Source: an uncultured Pseudomonadota bacterium
GTDB taxonomy: Bacteria > Pseudomonadota > Alphaproteobacteria > Rs-D84
Reading direction: 5' to 3'
NCBI GenBank assembly: GCA_902793005.1
Contig: CADBBQ010000001.1
Coordinates: forward strand, 32,860-96,859
Length of the DNA: 64,000 bases
Position 1 is the first letter of the stretch; each line of letters starts with the position of its first letter. This document shows positions 1 to 9,482 of this stretch, one piece after another. Both the position numbers and the translations under genes were made by a program. The notes under the pieces are model-generated. The model did no database searches. It had not been told where the DNA came from and saw only the letters and a program-made list of their open reading frames with translations.

Positions 1-972
1 AATGCGCTGGAACACGGGCGGCTGCATTTGGATGATTATTTAATTGTATCAAATGCGGCGGCAAATGCCGAACCGGTGAAATTGGGTCTGCCTGCGGGTT
101 CCAAGATAAAGGTCGAAGATGCGATTAAGGCCGTCGCCGTGCACAGTGCGAACGATGTCGCGCGCGTGCTGGCCGAAAATTTAAAGGGCGGCAAAGAGGG
201 CAACTTTGCGTCACTGATGACCCAGGTTGCAACGGAAATCGGTCTGTCGAATACAAATTTTGAAAATTCATCGGGTTTGCCTGACGATGACCACTTGTCA
301 ACCGCGCGTGATATCGCGTTGCTGTCGGTTGCGGTGTATAAACATTTCCCCCAGTATTGGAAATATTTCGGAATTAAAAGTTGGACATACAACGGCCAAA
401 CATACACAAATGGAAATCGGTTGCTTTCATCATATCCGGGCTGTGACGGTATGAAAACAGGATTTACAAACAAATCAAAATATTCACTTGTTGCAACCGC
501 ATCGCGTGACGGCCGTCATTTGATTGCGGTTGTGTTGGGTGCCGATGACAAAGATATTCGCGCATCTGTCGCGACCAGTTTATTGAATCGCGGATTTAAA
601 ATGTTGGAAAATGGAACAGAACCGGTTGTGTTTAATTCGGCACCAACACCGACCCCGGCTGTGCCGAAACAAAATTATAATGCCACACCGATAAACGAAA
701 ACAATCCATTGGCAAAATACACGATAAATCAGTCCAAAAATAACAATATGGCGTCCGGTGCATCTGGCGTGCAATTTGGCGCATTTTCATCGCGTGATGC
801 CGCCCTGCGCCAGGTTAAAAATGTTGAACACACCTTGGGTGTTCACGCATCAATTGAACCGGCATCTGGCGGTTTGTTCCGTGTGCGTGTGAATAACATT
901 TCGGAATCTGTGGCGCAAAGTTTGCGTAATTCTGCGACTGCCGCCGGCATTGACAGTTTTGTGTTTCATTAA
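1..972 (+). CDS. D-alanyl-D-alanine carboxypeptidase (PBP5/6-type), 5'-truncated at the window edge, with a C-terminal SPOR domain
   Basis: The reading frame is open from nt 1; ORF 28-972 begins with an alternative TTG start. Conserved serine-type D,D-carboxypeptidase motifs are present (SGLPDDDHLSTARDIALL, KTG in CDGMKTGFT). The C-terminal ~75 aa (GVQFGAFSSRDAALRQV...FRVRVNNISESVAQSL) match the SPOR peptidoglycan-binding fold. Confidence 0.75.
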   Translation, partial: NALEHGRLHLDDYLIVSNAAANAEPVKLGLPAGSKIKVEDAIKAVAVHSANDVARVLAENLKGGKEGNFASLMTQVATEIGLSNTNFENSSGLPDDDHLSTARDIALLSVAVYKHFPQYWKYFGIKSWTYNGQTYTNGNRLLSSYPGCDGMKTGFTNKSKYSLVATASRDGRHLIAVVLGADDKDIRASVATSLLNRGFKMLENGTEPVVFNSAPTPTPAVPKQNYNATPINENNPLAKYTINQSKNNNMASGASGVQFGAFSSRDAALRQVKNVEHTLGVHASIEPASGGLFRVRVNNISESVAQSLRNSATAAGIDSFVFH

Positions 973-990
973 TGGTATCGGGCACACAAT

Positions 991-1584
991 ATGAATCCAA
1001 AGATAGAAAAATTAATTAAACAATTTGCGCGTCTGCCCCGTGTTGGGAATCGTGCGGCCACGCGCATAGTGTTATCTTTGCTGAACGATAAAACGGGACG
1101 CGCGACGGCATTGGCGGAATCTTTGTTGGACACCACTGCGACAATTCATCCGTGTCAAAATTGTGGTGTTTTAACAGATGCCGACACTTGTGAATTTTGT
1201 CGTGACACATCGCGCAGAAACGGCACATTGTGCATTGTTCGCGATATGGCGGATGTTTGGACATTTGAAAAATCCGGCGTATTCAAAGGTGACTATCACA
1301 TAATTGGTGGTGTGTTATCGGGTGTAAATGGCGTAACCCCGGCGGATTTAAATATTCAAAATTTACCTGCGCGTATAAAATCAGAACATATTACCGAGGT
1401 TATATTTGCACTGCCCAACACGATTGAGGGTAAAACCACCGCGAACTATATTATGTCGGTCATTGGTGAAAATGAAAATATAACATTTTCAGAATTGGCG
1501 TCGGGCGTTCCATTGGGCGGCGAATTGGATTATATTGATGACGGCACATTGACATTGGCGTTCGGGGGGCGTAAAAAATTATGA
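991..1584 (+). CDS. recR: Recombination protein RecR
   Basis: 197 aa with the N-terminal helix-hairpin-helix, a C4 zinc finger (CQNCGVLTDADTCEFC) and a Toprim-like domain (LCIVRDMADV...). The length is typical for RecR. Confidence 0.93.
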   Translation: MNPKIEKLIKQFARLPRVGNRAATRIVLSLLNDKTGRATALAESLLDTTATIHPCQNCGVLTDADTCEFCRDTSRRNGTLCIVRDMADVWTFEKSGVFKGDYHIIGGVLSGVNGVTPADLNIQNLPARIKSEHITEVIFALPNTIEGKTTANYIMSVIGENENITFSELASGVPLGGELDYIDDGTLTLAFGGRKKL

Positions 1585-2411
1585 CAGATAAAATATCATC
1601 TTTGCCACCGGTGTCCCAAATGATGCGCGAATGCGGAATGCTGGCGAAAAAACAATTCGGTCAAAATTTTTTATTTGATTTAAATTTAACTGGTCGTATT
1701 GCGCGCGCTGTGCCGAACATTGAAAAAATCCCCGTGGTCGAGGTTGGACCCGGCCCGGCGGGCCTGACGCGGGCATTGCTGTTGGCGGGTGCGTGCAGGG
1801 TTGTTGCGATTGAAATGGATAAAACCGCCGAACCGATTTTATCACGTGTTGCCGCCGCCGCAGACGGTCGTTTGACGGTTGTGTATGGTGACGCATTGAA
1901 AACAGATTTTTCAAAATTCGGATTTGATGAATATGCGATTTGTTCAAACCTGCCATACAATGTTGGCACCGAATTATTGATTCAATGGATTCATAAAATT
2001 GTGGATGGCGAACCGATAAAATCCCTGACATTAATGTTCCAGCGCGAGGTTGCCGACCGAATTATTGCGCGCGCAAATGACGATGCGTATGGCCGTTTGG
2101 CGGTGTTGGTTGGATTGACGGCGGACGCAAAAATTTTATTCAATGTTCCGCGCACTGCGTTCACCCCCGCACCCAAGGTTACGTCTGCGGTTGTGCAAAT
2201 AATTCCGAATACAGACAAAATAAAATTATTGGGAAAAAATCTGGCGAACTTGGAAAAGATAACTGCGAAATTATTTGGCACGCGTCGCAAAATGATACGC
2301 GGCATTATGCCGGATGTTGATTGGTCGATGTTTGGTTTAACCGGCACCGAACGCGCAGAAAACATACCACCTGAAAAATTTTTAGAAATTTCAAAAAAAG
2401 TATTGATATAA
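1581..2411 (+). CDS. rsmA: 16S rRNA (adenine1518/1519-N6)-dimethyltransferase RsmA/KsgA
   Basis: QNFL...EVGPGPAGLT SAM-binding motif and NLPYN catalytic motif. 276 aa. Start overlaps the recR stop by 4 nt (operon-like). Confidence 0.92.
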   Translation: MTDKISSLPPVSQMMRECGMLAKKQFGQNFLFDLNLTGRIARAVPNIEKIPVVEVGPGPAGLTRALLLAGACRVVAIEMDKTAEPILSRVAAAADGRLTVVYGDALKTDFSKFGFDEYAICSNLPYNVGTELLIQWIHKIVDGEPIKSLTLMFQREVADRIIARANDDAYGRLAVLVGLTADAKILFNVPRTAFTPAPKVTSAVVQIIPNTDKIKLLGKNLANLEKITAKLFGTRRKMIRGIMPDVDWSMFGLTGTERAENIPPEKFLEISKKVLI

Positions 2412-2464
2412 CTTTTCCTGATTTAGTATAGTGATTTCGTATCCAGAGGAGAGGGAGACCCGAT

Positions 2465-4174
2465 ATGATTTCATTGGAAGTATTACTGTTTTTTGCAATT
2501 ACGTGCGGATTGGTTTTTTTCTTTAAAAGTGCCAGGATTGGTGCATTGGTTGCATTTTTATTTACCGGAATTTTATCGGGCCCATATATGTTGAACTTGT
2601 TTGAATTAACCGGCACGTGGCAGACCCTGGGTGATTTAGGCATTTTATTTTTATGGTTTACGATTGGATTGGAAATAAATTTTTCGCGCCTGTGGAATTT
2701 ACGCAACACGATATTCGGATTTGGTGCCGCCCAGGTTTTAATGGTTGCGGTAATGTTATTTCCGTTTTTGTTTGAATTCACGACGTGGAATGTTGCGGGT
2801 GCGATAATGGTATCATTGCTGTTGGCGATGTCATCAACATCCACAGACCTGCAATTATTGGGTGACCGAAATCAGTTAAATTCAAATATGGGTCGCCAGA
2901 TTTTTTCCGTATTATTATTCCAAGATTTATTGTCAATCCCGCTGTTGGCGATGTTGCCGGTATTGTCGGGTAAATCATTTAATCTGGGCGCGACATTAAT
3001 AGATGTTGCGGTATTGTCGGTATTATTGATATTTGGCGTTGTCATCATCGGGCGTTGTTTAATGAATCCGTTGTTGCGCGCAATTGCGAAAATAAAATCG
3101 CACGAGTTATTTTTGCTGGTCATAATGTTAAATATCATTATGTGGGCGGTATTACTGGATTTGGCGGGTTTGCCATCCGGATTGGGCGGATTTTTGTGCG
3201 GTATGTTAATGAGTGAAACAATATACCGTCATCAAATAGAGGCCGAAATCAGTCCATACACTACATTATTCTTGGCGATATTCTTTATTGTTCTGGGTAT
3301 GGGATTGAATATGGATTTACTGTATTCGAAATGGTATCTGGTATTGGGCGGATTGGCCGGATTAATGTTGATAAAGTTTTTTGCGATATTTATGGTTGCG
3401 CGCGTTCGTCGCAATCGTGCACCTGAATCCGGATACATTGCATTATTGTTAACCCAAGGTGGCGAGTTCGGATTACTGATGTTGCAAATGATGCGCAAGG
3501 CCGGCATTGATGCGATACCAATTGTTGACCAAGAAATTTTAATTGCGATAATTGTATTGTCGATTATGATGACGCCTTTGTTGTTGGCGCTGTATGAAAA
3601 ATTGCGTCGTATGGGCAAATTGTCCCAGGTTGATGCGAAAAATCTGAAATCGGCTAAAACAGGCATTCAACCGGCGGTGGTGATATGTGGATTTGGTCGT
3701 GTTGGTCAAATAATTGCGCGCCTGTTGCGGGATCAAAATATACCATATGTTGCGATTGGCCTGAATGTGAATTCTGTAATGGAGGGTCGCGAAAACGGGT
3801 TCAATGCTGTATATGGCGACGCATCGAATATGGCAATATTGCGAGATTGTGGATTAAATTCTCGTACAACGCGTGCGGTGGTATTGGCACTAGATAATAC
3901 GGAAAACGCGCGCAAAACGATATTGTCTGTGCGTGCGATTGCACCGCGTGCGAAAATATTTGCGCGTGCGCGTAATTTAAATGATTCGCGTGTGTTAATG
4001 CGTGCCGGTGTATTGCAAACATTTCCCGAAACGATTGAATCATCATTTTTCCTAGGATACGGTTTATTGGAATTTTTGGGTGTATCTGATGCCAAGATAG
4101 AAAAAATCTTGACCGAATTACGCGCAAATAATTATGAAAAATTAGACCAAGAAATAACCCCCAACGAAAAATAA
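2465..4174 (+). CDS. CPA2-family K+(Na+)/H+ antiporter with a C-terminal TrkA-N (RCK) domain, KefB/KefC-like
   Basis: About 12 predicted transmembrane helices followed by a Rossmann motif (VVICGFGRVGQIIARLL) typical of KefB/KefC. A ribosome-binding site (GGAGAGGGAG) precedes the start. Confidence 0.8.
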   Translation: MISLEVLLFFAITCGLVFFFKSARIGALVAFLFTGILSGPYMLNLFELTGTWQTLGDLGILFLWFTIGLEINFSRLWNLRNTIFGFGAAQVLMVAVMLFPFLFEFTTWNVAGAIMVSLLLAMSSTSTDLQLLGDRNQLNSNMGRQIFSVLLFQDLLSIPLLAMLPVLSGKSFNLGATLIDVAVLSVLLIFGVVIIGRCLMNPLLRAIAKIKSHELFLLVIMLNIIMWAVLLDLAGLPSGLGGFLCGMLMSETIYRHQIEAEISPYTTLFLAIFFIVLGMGLNMDLLYSKWYLVLGGLAGLMLIKFFAIFMVARVRRNRAPESGYIALLLTQGGEFGLLMLQMMRKAGIDAIPIVDQEILIAIIVLSIMMTPLLLALYEKLRRMGKLSQVDAKNLKSAKTGIQPAVVICGFGRVGQIIARLLRDQNIPYVAIGLNVNSVMEGRENGFNAVYGDASNMAILRDCGLNSRTTRAVVLALDNTENARKTILSVRAIAPRAKIFARARNLNDSRVLMRAGVLQTFPETIESSFFLGYGLLEFLGVSDAKIEKILTELRANNYEKLDQEITPNEK

Positions 4175-4199
4175 TCCCAGCCCCCTCCACGGGGGCTTT
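4175..4199 (+). terminator. Rho-independent terminator after the kefB-like gene
   Basis: GC hairpin (agccccc-tccac-gggggct) followed by a T-run. Confidence 0.5.
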
Positions 4200-4200
4200 T

Positions 4201-5040
4201 TAGTGTTCAGAATAATTAGACAAAACGTTGAAAACGTTTTGTCATCCTGAGCGTAGTGAGATTACGTTGTGGCAACCCCACATAAGTAATCGAACGCAGT
4301 CGAAAGCGAGCGTTTCGCGAGCGCGGATCCAGGCATATTTGATGCCCTGGCGCATCCGCGCCACCCCCTCGGACATTCCCCTTCTTTATGAAAGAAGGGG
4401 TGGATTGTGAGCAAAGCGAACAAGACGGGGTAGTTGTGATTTTTATTTTTTATGGCGACTGGCGTCGCTCTGCACAACGTTGAAAACGTTGTGCAAAAAT
4501 TTATTGCATACGCAAAAAAATTTTTTCTATAATAACATCAGAAATCATCTGGGAGTTGATTTCGGAAGGCCTTAGAAAAGCCCGATTGACCCGGTGCAGA
4601 ACTTGCATCGTTATCCCACCCGTGCACGATTCGATTCGGTGCGGTTGTGTTTAACAATTCATTTTTTGCACCGACATTTATTTGTCGATATTTGATTAGA
4701 TAAATGTAAATTTTATTCCCGACTAAAAAACCCGCCCAAAACACATTCACATATTTTGGCATGGGTGCCGCATACAGTAATGTATGTGGGGTCATTGGTC
4801 AATTGATTTTTCTAACACCCTGCCGTTATTTTTTCCCGCTGATTTCCCAGCGGTTTTTTGTTTGTTTTGGAATATTTAAACAGGCCCCGAACCCAACTCC
4901 CTGTGTAGAAAACACACACAAGGCCTTTTATTCCAAACAAACAATCCACCGCACAGATTCCGCCCCAAGCGATAGCGTGGGGAGGGGGACCGCGCCAGCG
5001 GTGGCGGGGGTTAACAAAAAGAAAGAACGGGAGAAAAGCT
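4201..5040. repeat. Copy A of a conserved non-coding leader/repeat region upstream of a secreted-protein gene (second copy at 36181-37393)
   Basis: Long stretches with obvious similarity to 36181-37393. Shared blocks are the cttctttatgaaagaagg hairpin, the acggggtagttgtga block, the promoter-like ttgca(t/c)acgcaa...ttttttctataata, and ggtgccgc(a/g)tacag(t/c)aatgtatgtggggtcattg...tttgctaacaccc. The RBS context gaacgggagaaaa(g/a)ctATG is also shared. The ORFs predicted here (e.g. 4228-4410) lie inside repeat DNA. Confidence 0.7.
4503..4538 (+). promoter_or_regulatory. Putative sigma70-type promoter (TTGCAT-18 nt-TATAAT) within the conserved leader; the matching copy is near 36545-36580
   Basis: ttgcatacgcaaaaaaattttttcTATAATaac. 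The same arrangement (ttgcacacgcaataaaattttttcTATAATacc) is found in copy B. A perfect palindrome cacaacgttgaaaacgttgtg lies immediately upstream and may be an operator. Confidence 0.4.
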
Positions 5041-7269
5041 ATGATAAAGAAAATATTATGTGCGATGTTGGGGCTATTATTCACGATATCTGCAAACGCG
5101 GCATGCAATTTATATACAACAACAAATAGTTCTGCCGGATACATTGATGGAAGTGGTGTTGTACAAAACGCGAGCAGTTATTTGGCAACGGATTACATTG
5201 CGGTTAACTCATCAACCGAATATACCGTTTATATCAAACAGAACGCTGCCATTAGCGGTCACGGGGTTCGTATTGCGTTTTATGATACAAACAAACAATT
5301 TATTTCTCCGCGCCTTGGTGGCGATGCCCCAAGTGCCGGTCAATATATATACAATTTAACATCGCCTGCAAATGCTAAATATATCAGAATGTCAACATAC
5401 GACGGTAATAGTGTTGTCGACAGAACAATAGTCCAGGGTCGATATACCGTGGACACAATCCCAACAAATATGTCGCAATGTGCGACGTGTGACGGGACGA
5501 TTGTGAATTATGTTTCTGCAACTGGAACCGTGTCGCAATCTGGAACTCCAACACCAGACAATCCGATTTATCCAACTTTCTATACCCAGGGCAATATGGT
5601 CCTGCGCAAAGTTGGCAATGTCGCAGATTCTTACGATGCGTCAACGGGTAAAATCACTCGTCGCGTCGGTGTTGCTGTGTTGGATGGTACGGAGAGATGG
5701 GGTGCTCACGCCAGTAACGCAGGTTGGTTTCAATTATCAAGTGATATTTTCCCAACAGATGTTAATACAGATGCATTAAGTACACACTATAGGCAATACA
5801 CACATAATCCATCAAGTATGGCCAATCAAGACATTTTATTTGGACGTCCAGACAGTAGCACAGGAAGAGTTGTTATACGTGATGCTATAAACTTTCCTGA
5901 TGTAGGTCTTGCGGATGATTTTAAATCCTGGCTAGCGCAACAATATGCTGCGGGAACGCCCGTGACGGTTTACTATCCGTTGAAAACGGAAACGACCGAG
6001 GATTGGCCGGCGTCTTACTGTGAAACGCCGATTAAAATCGCTACAACCAAATACAACGAAACTGCATTCAGTCCGCTGAATACGGCGTTGGCGAATGCGA
6101 TTAGTGTGGTGGATTCGGTGGTGTCAAACACGATAACCCAGGCGGCGAGCATCGCGACTTTGCAGGCACAAAAGCAAACGCGGCCGGCGAATGACACTTG
6201 TCCGGCGTACAAACAATGTTTATTGGTTGAGGATGAAAACGGTGCCCCGCACTGGTACGAAATCACCGACCCGTTCCGGGATTTCGTCCGCCCAATTATC
6301 GCGAACAATGTCAACGCGGCATCGTCGACATCCACCAATGGTTATACACAATTGGAATACATCGAATCAACCGGAACACAGTATATTGATACGGGGGTAC
6401 AAGCAACGGGTGATCTTGATATTAAAACAAGATTTAAAATAATATCATACGGCCCCCTATTTGGTACACGAGATGTTGCTACAGGAGCATCGAATAAATC
6501 GGTTTGGGTGGCAGCTTTGGACGGAAGAACCATTTGGTTATACAACAATAAAACTACACATAACCATTTGGAAAAATTAAATTTAGATCAATGGTATGAT
6601 GCAGATATAAACAAAGGCGTGTTATCTTTTAATGGCAATGAAGTTGCGTCGTATGAAACAGAAAATTTTACTGGTTCTGATATATTTCTATTTAATACAA
6701 ATGAGGCCAATGGCACTCTTGCAAGTGGGGCTTCTGTACAAATATCATATTTCAAAATTTATGATGCATCTGGCACCCTCGTTCGCAACTTTGTTCCAGT
6801 TGTTAATAATACAACCGGGAAAATTGGTATGTATGACACTGTCGGTGGGCGGTTCTATGGCAATGCGGCGACGTCGGGTGATGATTTCACCGCGGGTCCG
6901 ATTGTTGAAAACGATGCGGATGTTCCGGGTATGAGTTGGACCGCAACATGGGCGGCGGATGCATCCACGGGTGTTTCAGCCGGCACGGTGTACGGCATCG
7001 CCCGGTGTAATACCCACCCCTCAACGGCAGGTAGCATCATTACGGACACCGCCAGTACCGCATTTAACACACTGGGAAGTATTTGTCACTGTAAAATGAC
7101 ATCAATAGATTTCGAAGGCAGCATATCGGACACAAACACCGCAAAATGGGTGCATGTTGACCATGCAAACGGCGGAACAAAGGTATGTCTACAACAATGC
7201 AGCACATGGTGTCGCGGTTTTACAACAATGACCGAACGCAACAAACCGGTATTATCATCCGTATTGTAA
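5041..7269 (+). CDS. Secreted or lipoprotein paralog A (742 aa) of a two-member family; function unknown
   Basis: N-terminal signal peptide MIKKILCAMLGLLFTISANAAC. A central block (IKIATTKYNETAFSPLNTALANAISVVDSVVSNTITQAASIATLQAQKQTRP...CLLVEDENGAPHWYEI, YTQLEYIESTGTQYIDTG) is nearly identical to 37394-38899, while the N- and C-terminal parts diverge. C-terminal motifs are shared as well (GKIGMYDTVGGRFYGN vs GVVGMYDTDNGVFYEN). Confidence 0.7.
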   Translation: MIKKILCAMLGLLFTISANAACNLYTTTNSSAGYIDGSGVVQNASSYLATDYIAVNSSTEYTVYIKQNAAISGHGVRIAFYDTNKQFISPRLGGDAPSAGQYIYNLTSPANAKYIRMSTYDGNSVVDRTIVQGRYTVDTIPTNMSQCATCDGTIVNYVSATGTVSQSGTPTPDNPIYPTFYTQGNMVLRKVGNVADSYDASTGKITRRVGVAVLDGTERWGAHASNAGWFQLSSDIFPTDVNTDALSTHYRQYTHNPSSMANQDILFGRPDSSTGRVVIRDAINFPDVGLADDFKSWLAQQYAAGTPVTVYYPLKTETTEDWPASYCETPIKIATTKYNETAFSPLNTALANAISVVDSVVSNTITQAASIATLQAQKQTRPANDTCPAYKQCLLVEDENGAPHWYEITDPFRDFVRPIIANNVNAASSTSTNGYTQLEYIESTGTQYIDTGVQATGDLDIKTRFKIISYGPLFGTRDVATGASNKSVWVAALDGRTIWLYNNKTTHNHLEKLNLDQWYDADINKGVLSFNGNEVASYETENFTGSDIFLFNTNEANGTLASGASVQISYFKIYDASGTLVRNFVPVVNNTTGKIGMYDTVGGRFYGNAATSGDDFTAGPIVENDADVPGMSWTATWAADASTGVSAGTVYGIARCNTHPSTAGSIITDTASTAFNTLGSICHCKMTSIDFEGSISDTNTAKWVHVDHANGGTKVCLQQCSTWCRGFTTMTERNKPVLSSVL

Positions 7270-7282
7270 TGTCTTTACCAAA

Positions 7283-7312
7283 TAAAAAACATCCGGCAAC
7301 GGATGTTTTTTT
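7283..7312 (+). terminator. Rho-independent terminator
   Basis: aaaaaacatccggcaacggatgtttttttatg: the stem catccg/cggatg followed by a T-run. Confidence 0.55.
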
Positions 7313-7371
7313 ATGTTTGCTTTTGTTGTGTGATATTGCTATATTTTCTGCGTTGATATAAAGGCGGAAAT

Positions 7372-7878
7372 ATGAAGGTTGCTATTAAATATTTATCAAT
7401 AATTTTTGGTGTCATATTATTGGACCAAATTGTTAAATCTTTATTGTTATATCTGATTACGGGGACTGTGCCGGTGGCGGGTAATGCGTGGGGTATCGTT
7501 GGGTATCCGTATATTATGGCGCGCGTCACCGATTGGTTTAATATTGTGTTTACTTGGAATCCGGGAACATCGTTTTCTTTGTTCCGTGCCCTGGGCGAGG
7601 GCGCACCCTGGGTCATCGTTGGCGCAACCGGGGTGATTTGTGCGATGCTGGTTTATTATATGTTTTGGCGCGCCGGGAAAAACGAGCGGTTGCCGCTGGC
7701 ATTTATTATTGGTGGCGCAATTGGGAACTTAATAGACCGTGTGCGTTTTGGCGCGGTGGTTGATTTTTTGGATTTTCATATTGGCGGACTGCATTGGCCG
7801 GCATTTAATATCGCCGATATGTTTATTGTAATTGGTGTTGCGTTGTATATAATCAATATAACTTTTCGTAAAAAATAA
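7372..7878 (+). CDS. lspA: Lipoprotein signal peptidase (signal peptidase II)
   Basis: 168 aa with four transmembrane segments and the conserved NxGxxF/FNIAD motifs (WNPGTSFSLF; FNIADMFIVIG). Confidence 0.9.
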   Translation: MKVAIKYLSIIFGVILLDQIVKSLLLYLITGTVPVAGNAWGIVGYPYIMARVTDWFNIVFTWNPGTSFSLFRALGEGAPWVIVGATGVICAMLVYYMFWRAGKNERLPLAFIIGGAIGNLIDRVRFGAVVDFLDFHIGGLHWPAFNIADMFIVIGVALYIINITFRKK

Positions 7879-7889
7879 AGGGTAAAATA

Positions 7890-9458
7890 ATGGTTGAGTA
7901 TCTGAATAATAATTCTGGATTTGCGGCGTGGAATGCGGCACAAAATCGCGGTGCACCGCGTTCGCGTTTTTCGAATTTTTTATGGTGGACATTTTTGTTT
8001 TTGGTTGCGTGGTGGATTGTTGGATTGTTTATGTCACCTGCGCAAAACGAAAATAAAAACGCGCCGGCGGCGGATGCGTCAATTTTGGTGGATGTGTCAA
8101 ATGTCCCGGTGTATGAAATTTCATCTGACACGATTGCGGCAAATGTTCGTGGCCTGCGCGTGTCAAATATAGATTTAAAAGATTTTGCAAAATCGGGCGA
8201 TGACAATACGCCGGTACGAATGCTGGGCGATGATGGATTTGTTGAAATTGGCCTGACGTCAAACGGCACGACCGCGCCAAATGCCACGACAAAATGGCAA
8301 AAATCTGGGGATAAAATGGTTTGGCGCAATGGCGACGGTGTGGAATTTTCTCGCACAATTACGGTTGATGGATATTTAATTCGCGTATCAGACACGGTTA
8401 AAAATAATACGAAAAACGGAATTTCTGTGGCGCCATACGCACGCGTGTTGCACAAGGGCGATGCATCGTCGTCGGCCGGCGTTTATACCGGTGCCGTTGC
8501 ATATGTAAACCAAGATGTTGAAAATAACGCGTGGCGTGATTTGGATAAAAAATCATACGCATACACAACGACAAATGGATTCGTCGGATTTGCCGAGCAA
8601 TACTGGGAAACAATTGTGCAAACCGATGCGCCCGATCAAACAATGCGTATGAAAAAGCAGGGCGATTTATACGAGGCCGCAACCGTTGCCGCGCCGGTAA
8701 ATATTGCGGCGGGAAAGACACAGACAATCACAACAAATGTTTTTGCCGGCCCGCGCGATGCAAATGTGTTGCGCACGGTTGACGCGACAATTAACGGTAT
8801 TGGCGAAACCATAGATTATGGTTGGTTTTGGTTCTTGGCACGGCCGATGTTGTGGTCAATAAATATGATTCATAAATTTGTGATGAATTATGGTTTGGCG
8901 ATTATAATCTTTACGATTTTAATTCGTATTTTGATGTGGCCATTGACGCGTAAATCATATACTTCGATGATTGCAATGCAGAAAATGCAGCCTGAATTGC
9001 AACGCGTGCAAAAATTATATGCTAATGACAAACAACGTATGCAAATGGAAATGATGCGTGTGTATCAAACGCACAAAACATCACCTATGTCGGGATGTTT
9101 GCCGATGTTGATTCAGATTCCAATTTTCTTTGCATTGTATAAAGCGTTATTGATTTCGGTGCAAATGCGTAATGCGAACTTTTTATGGATACACGATTTG
9201 GCGACGATGGATCCGTATTTTATATTGCCGATTTTAATGGGCGCAACAATGTGGTTGCAACAATATCTGCAACAAAATAAAACAGACACGAAAAACAAAA
9301 ATGATATAACGGCTCAAACCGCCCAGGTTATGAAATGGATGCCGATATTGTTTGCAATAATGTTTGCGTGGATGCCATCCGGCCTGGTGTTGTATTGGAC
9401 TGTATCGAATATATTTGGTATCGGCCAGATGATGTGGTTAAAACACAAATCAAAATAA
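7890..9458 (+). CDS. yidC: Membrane protein insertase YidC
   Basis: 522 aa: an N-terminal transmembrane helix, a large periplasmic domain, and the conserved C-terminal 60-kDa-IMP core (YGLAIIIFTILIRILMWPLT...MQKMQPELQRVQKLY...MSGCLP). Confidence 0.93.
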   Translation: MVEYLNNNSGFAAWNAAQNRGAPRSRFSNFLWWTFLFLVAWWIVGLFMSPAQNENKNAPAADASILVDVSNVPVYEISSDTIAANVRGLRVSNIDLKDFAKSGDDNTPVRMLGDDGFVEIGLTSNGTTAPNATTKWQKSGDKMVWRNGDGVEFSRTITVDGYLIRVSDTVKNNTKNGISVAPYARVLHKGDASSSAGVYTGAVAYVNQDVENNAWRDLDKKSYAYTTTNGFVGFAEQYWETIVQTDAPDQTMRMKKQGDLYEAATVAAPVNIAAGKTQTITTNVFAGPRDANVLRTVDATINGIGETIDYGWFWFLARPMLWSINMIHKFVMNYGLAIIIFTILIRILMWPLTRKSYTSMIAMQKMQPELQRVQKLYANDKQRMQMEMMRVYQTHKTSPMSGCLPMLIQIPIFFALYKALLISVQMRNANFLWIHDLATMDPYFILPILMGATMWLQQYLQQNKTDTKNKNDITAQTAQVMKWMPILFAIMFAWMPSGLVLYWTVSNIFGIGQMMWLKHKSK

Positions 9459-9482
9459 TAAATCTATAAAGGAAAATAAAAA

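Noticed and set aside
2305-3736. ORFs 2305-2844, 2778-2978, 2872-3138, 3232-3666 and 3539-3736 on the minus strand.
   Set aside because: They overlap the KefB-like transporter gene antisense, are low-complexity, and have no start signals.
4228-5144. ORFs 4228-4410, 4262-4477, 4538-4795, 4761-5129 and 4812-5144 in the region upstream of paralog A.
   Set aside because: The region is repeat and leader DNA duplicated at 36181-37393, where the ORFs are not preserved. Conservation is at the nucleotide level (hairpins, promoter), not in any reading frame.
5041-7269. Interpreting the paralog pair as prophage tail-fibre genes, implying a prophage.
   Set aside because: No phage structural, integrase, terminase or portal genes flank either copy; the neighbours are kefB/lspA and plsX. 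A tail-fibre-like fold remains possible, but a prophage call is not supported.
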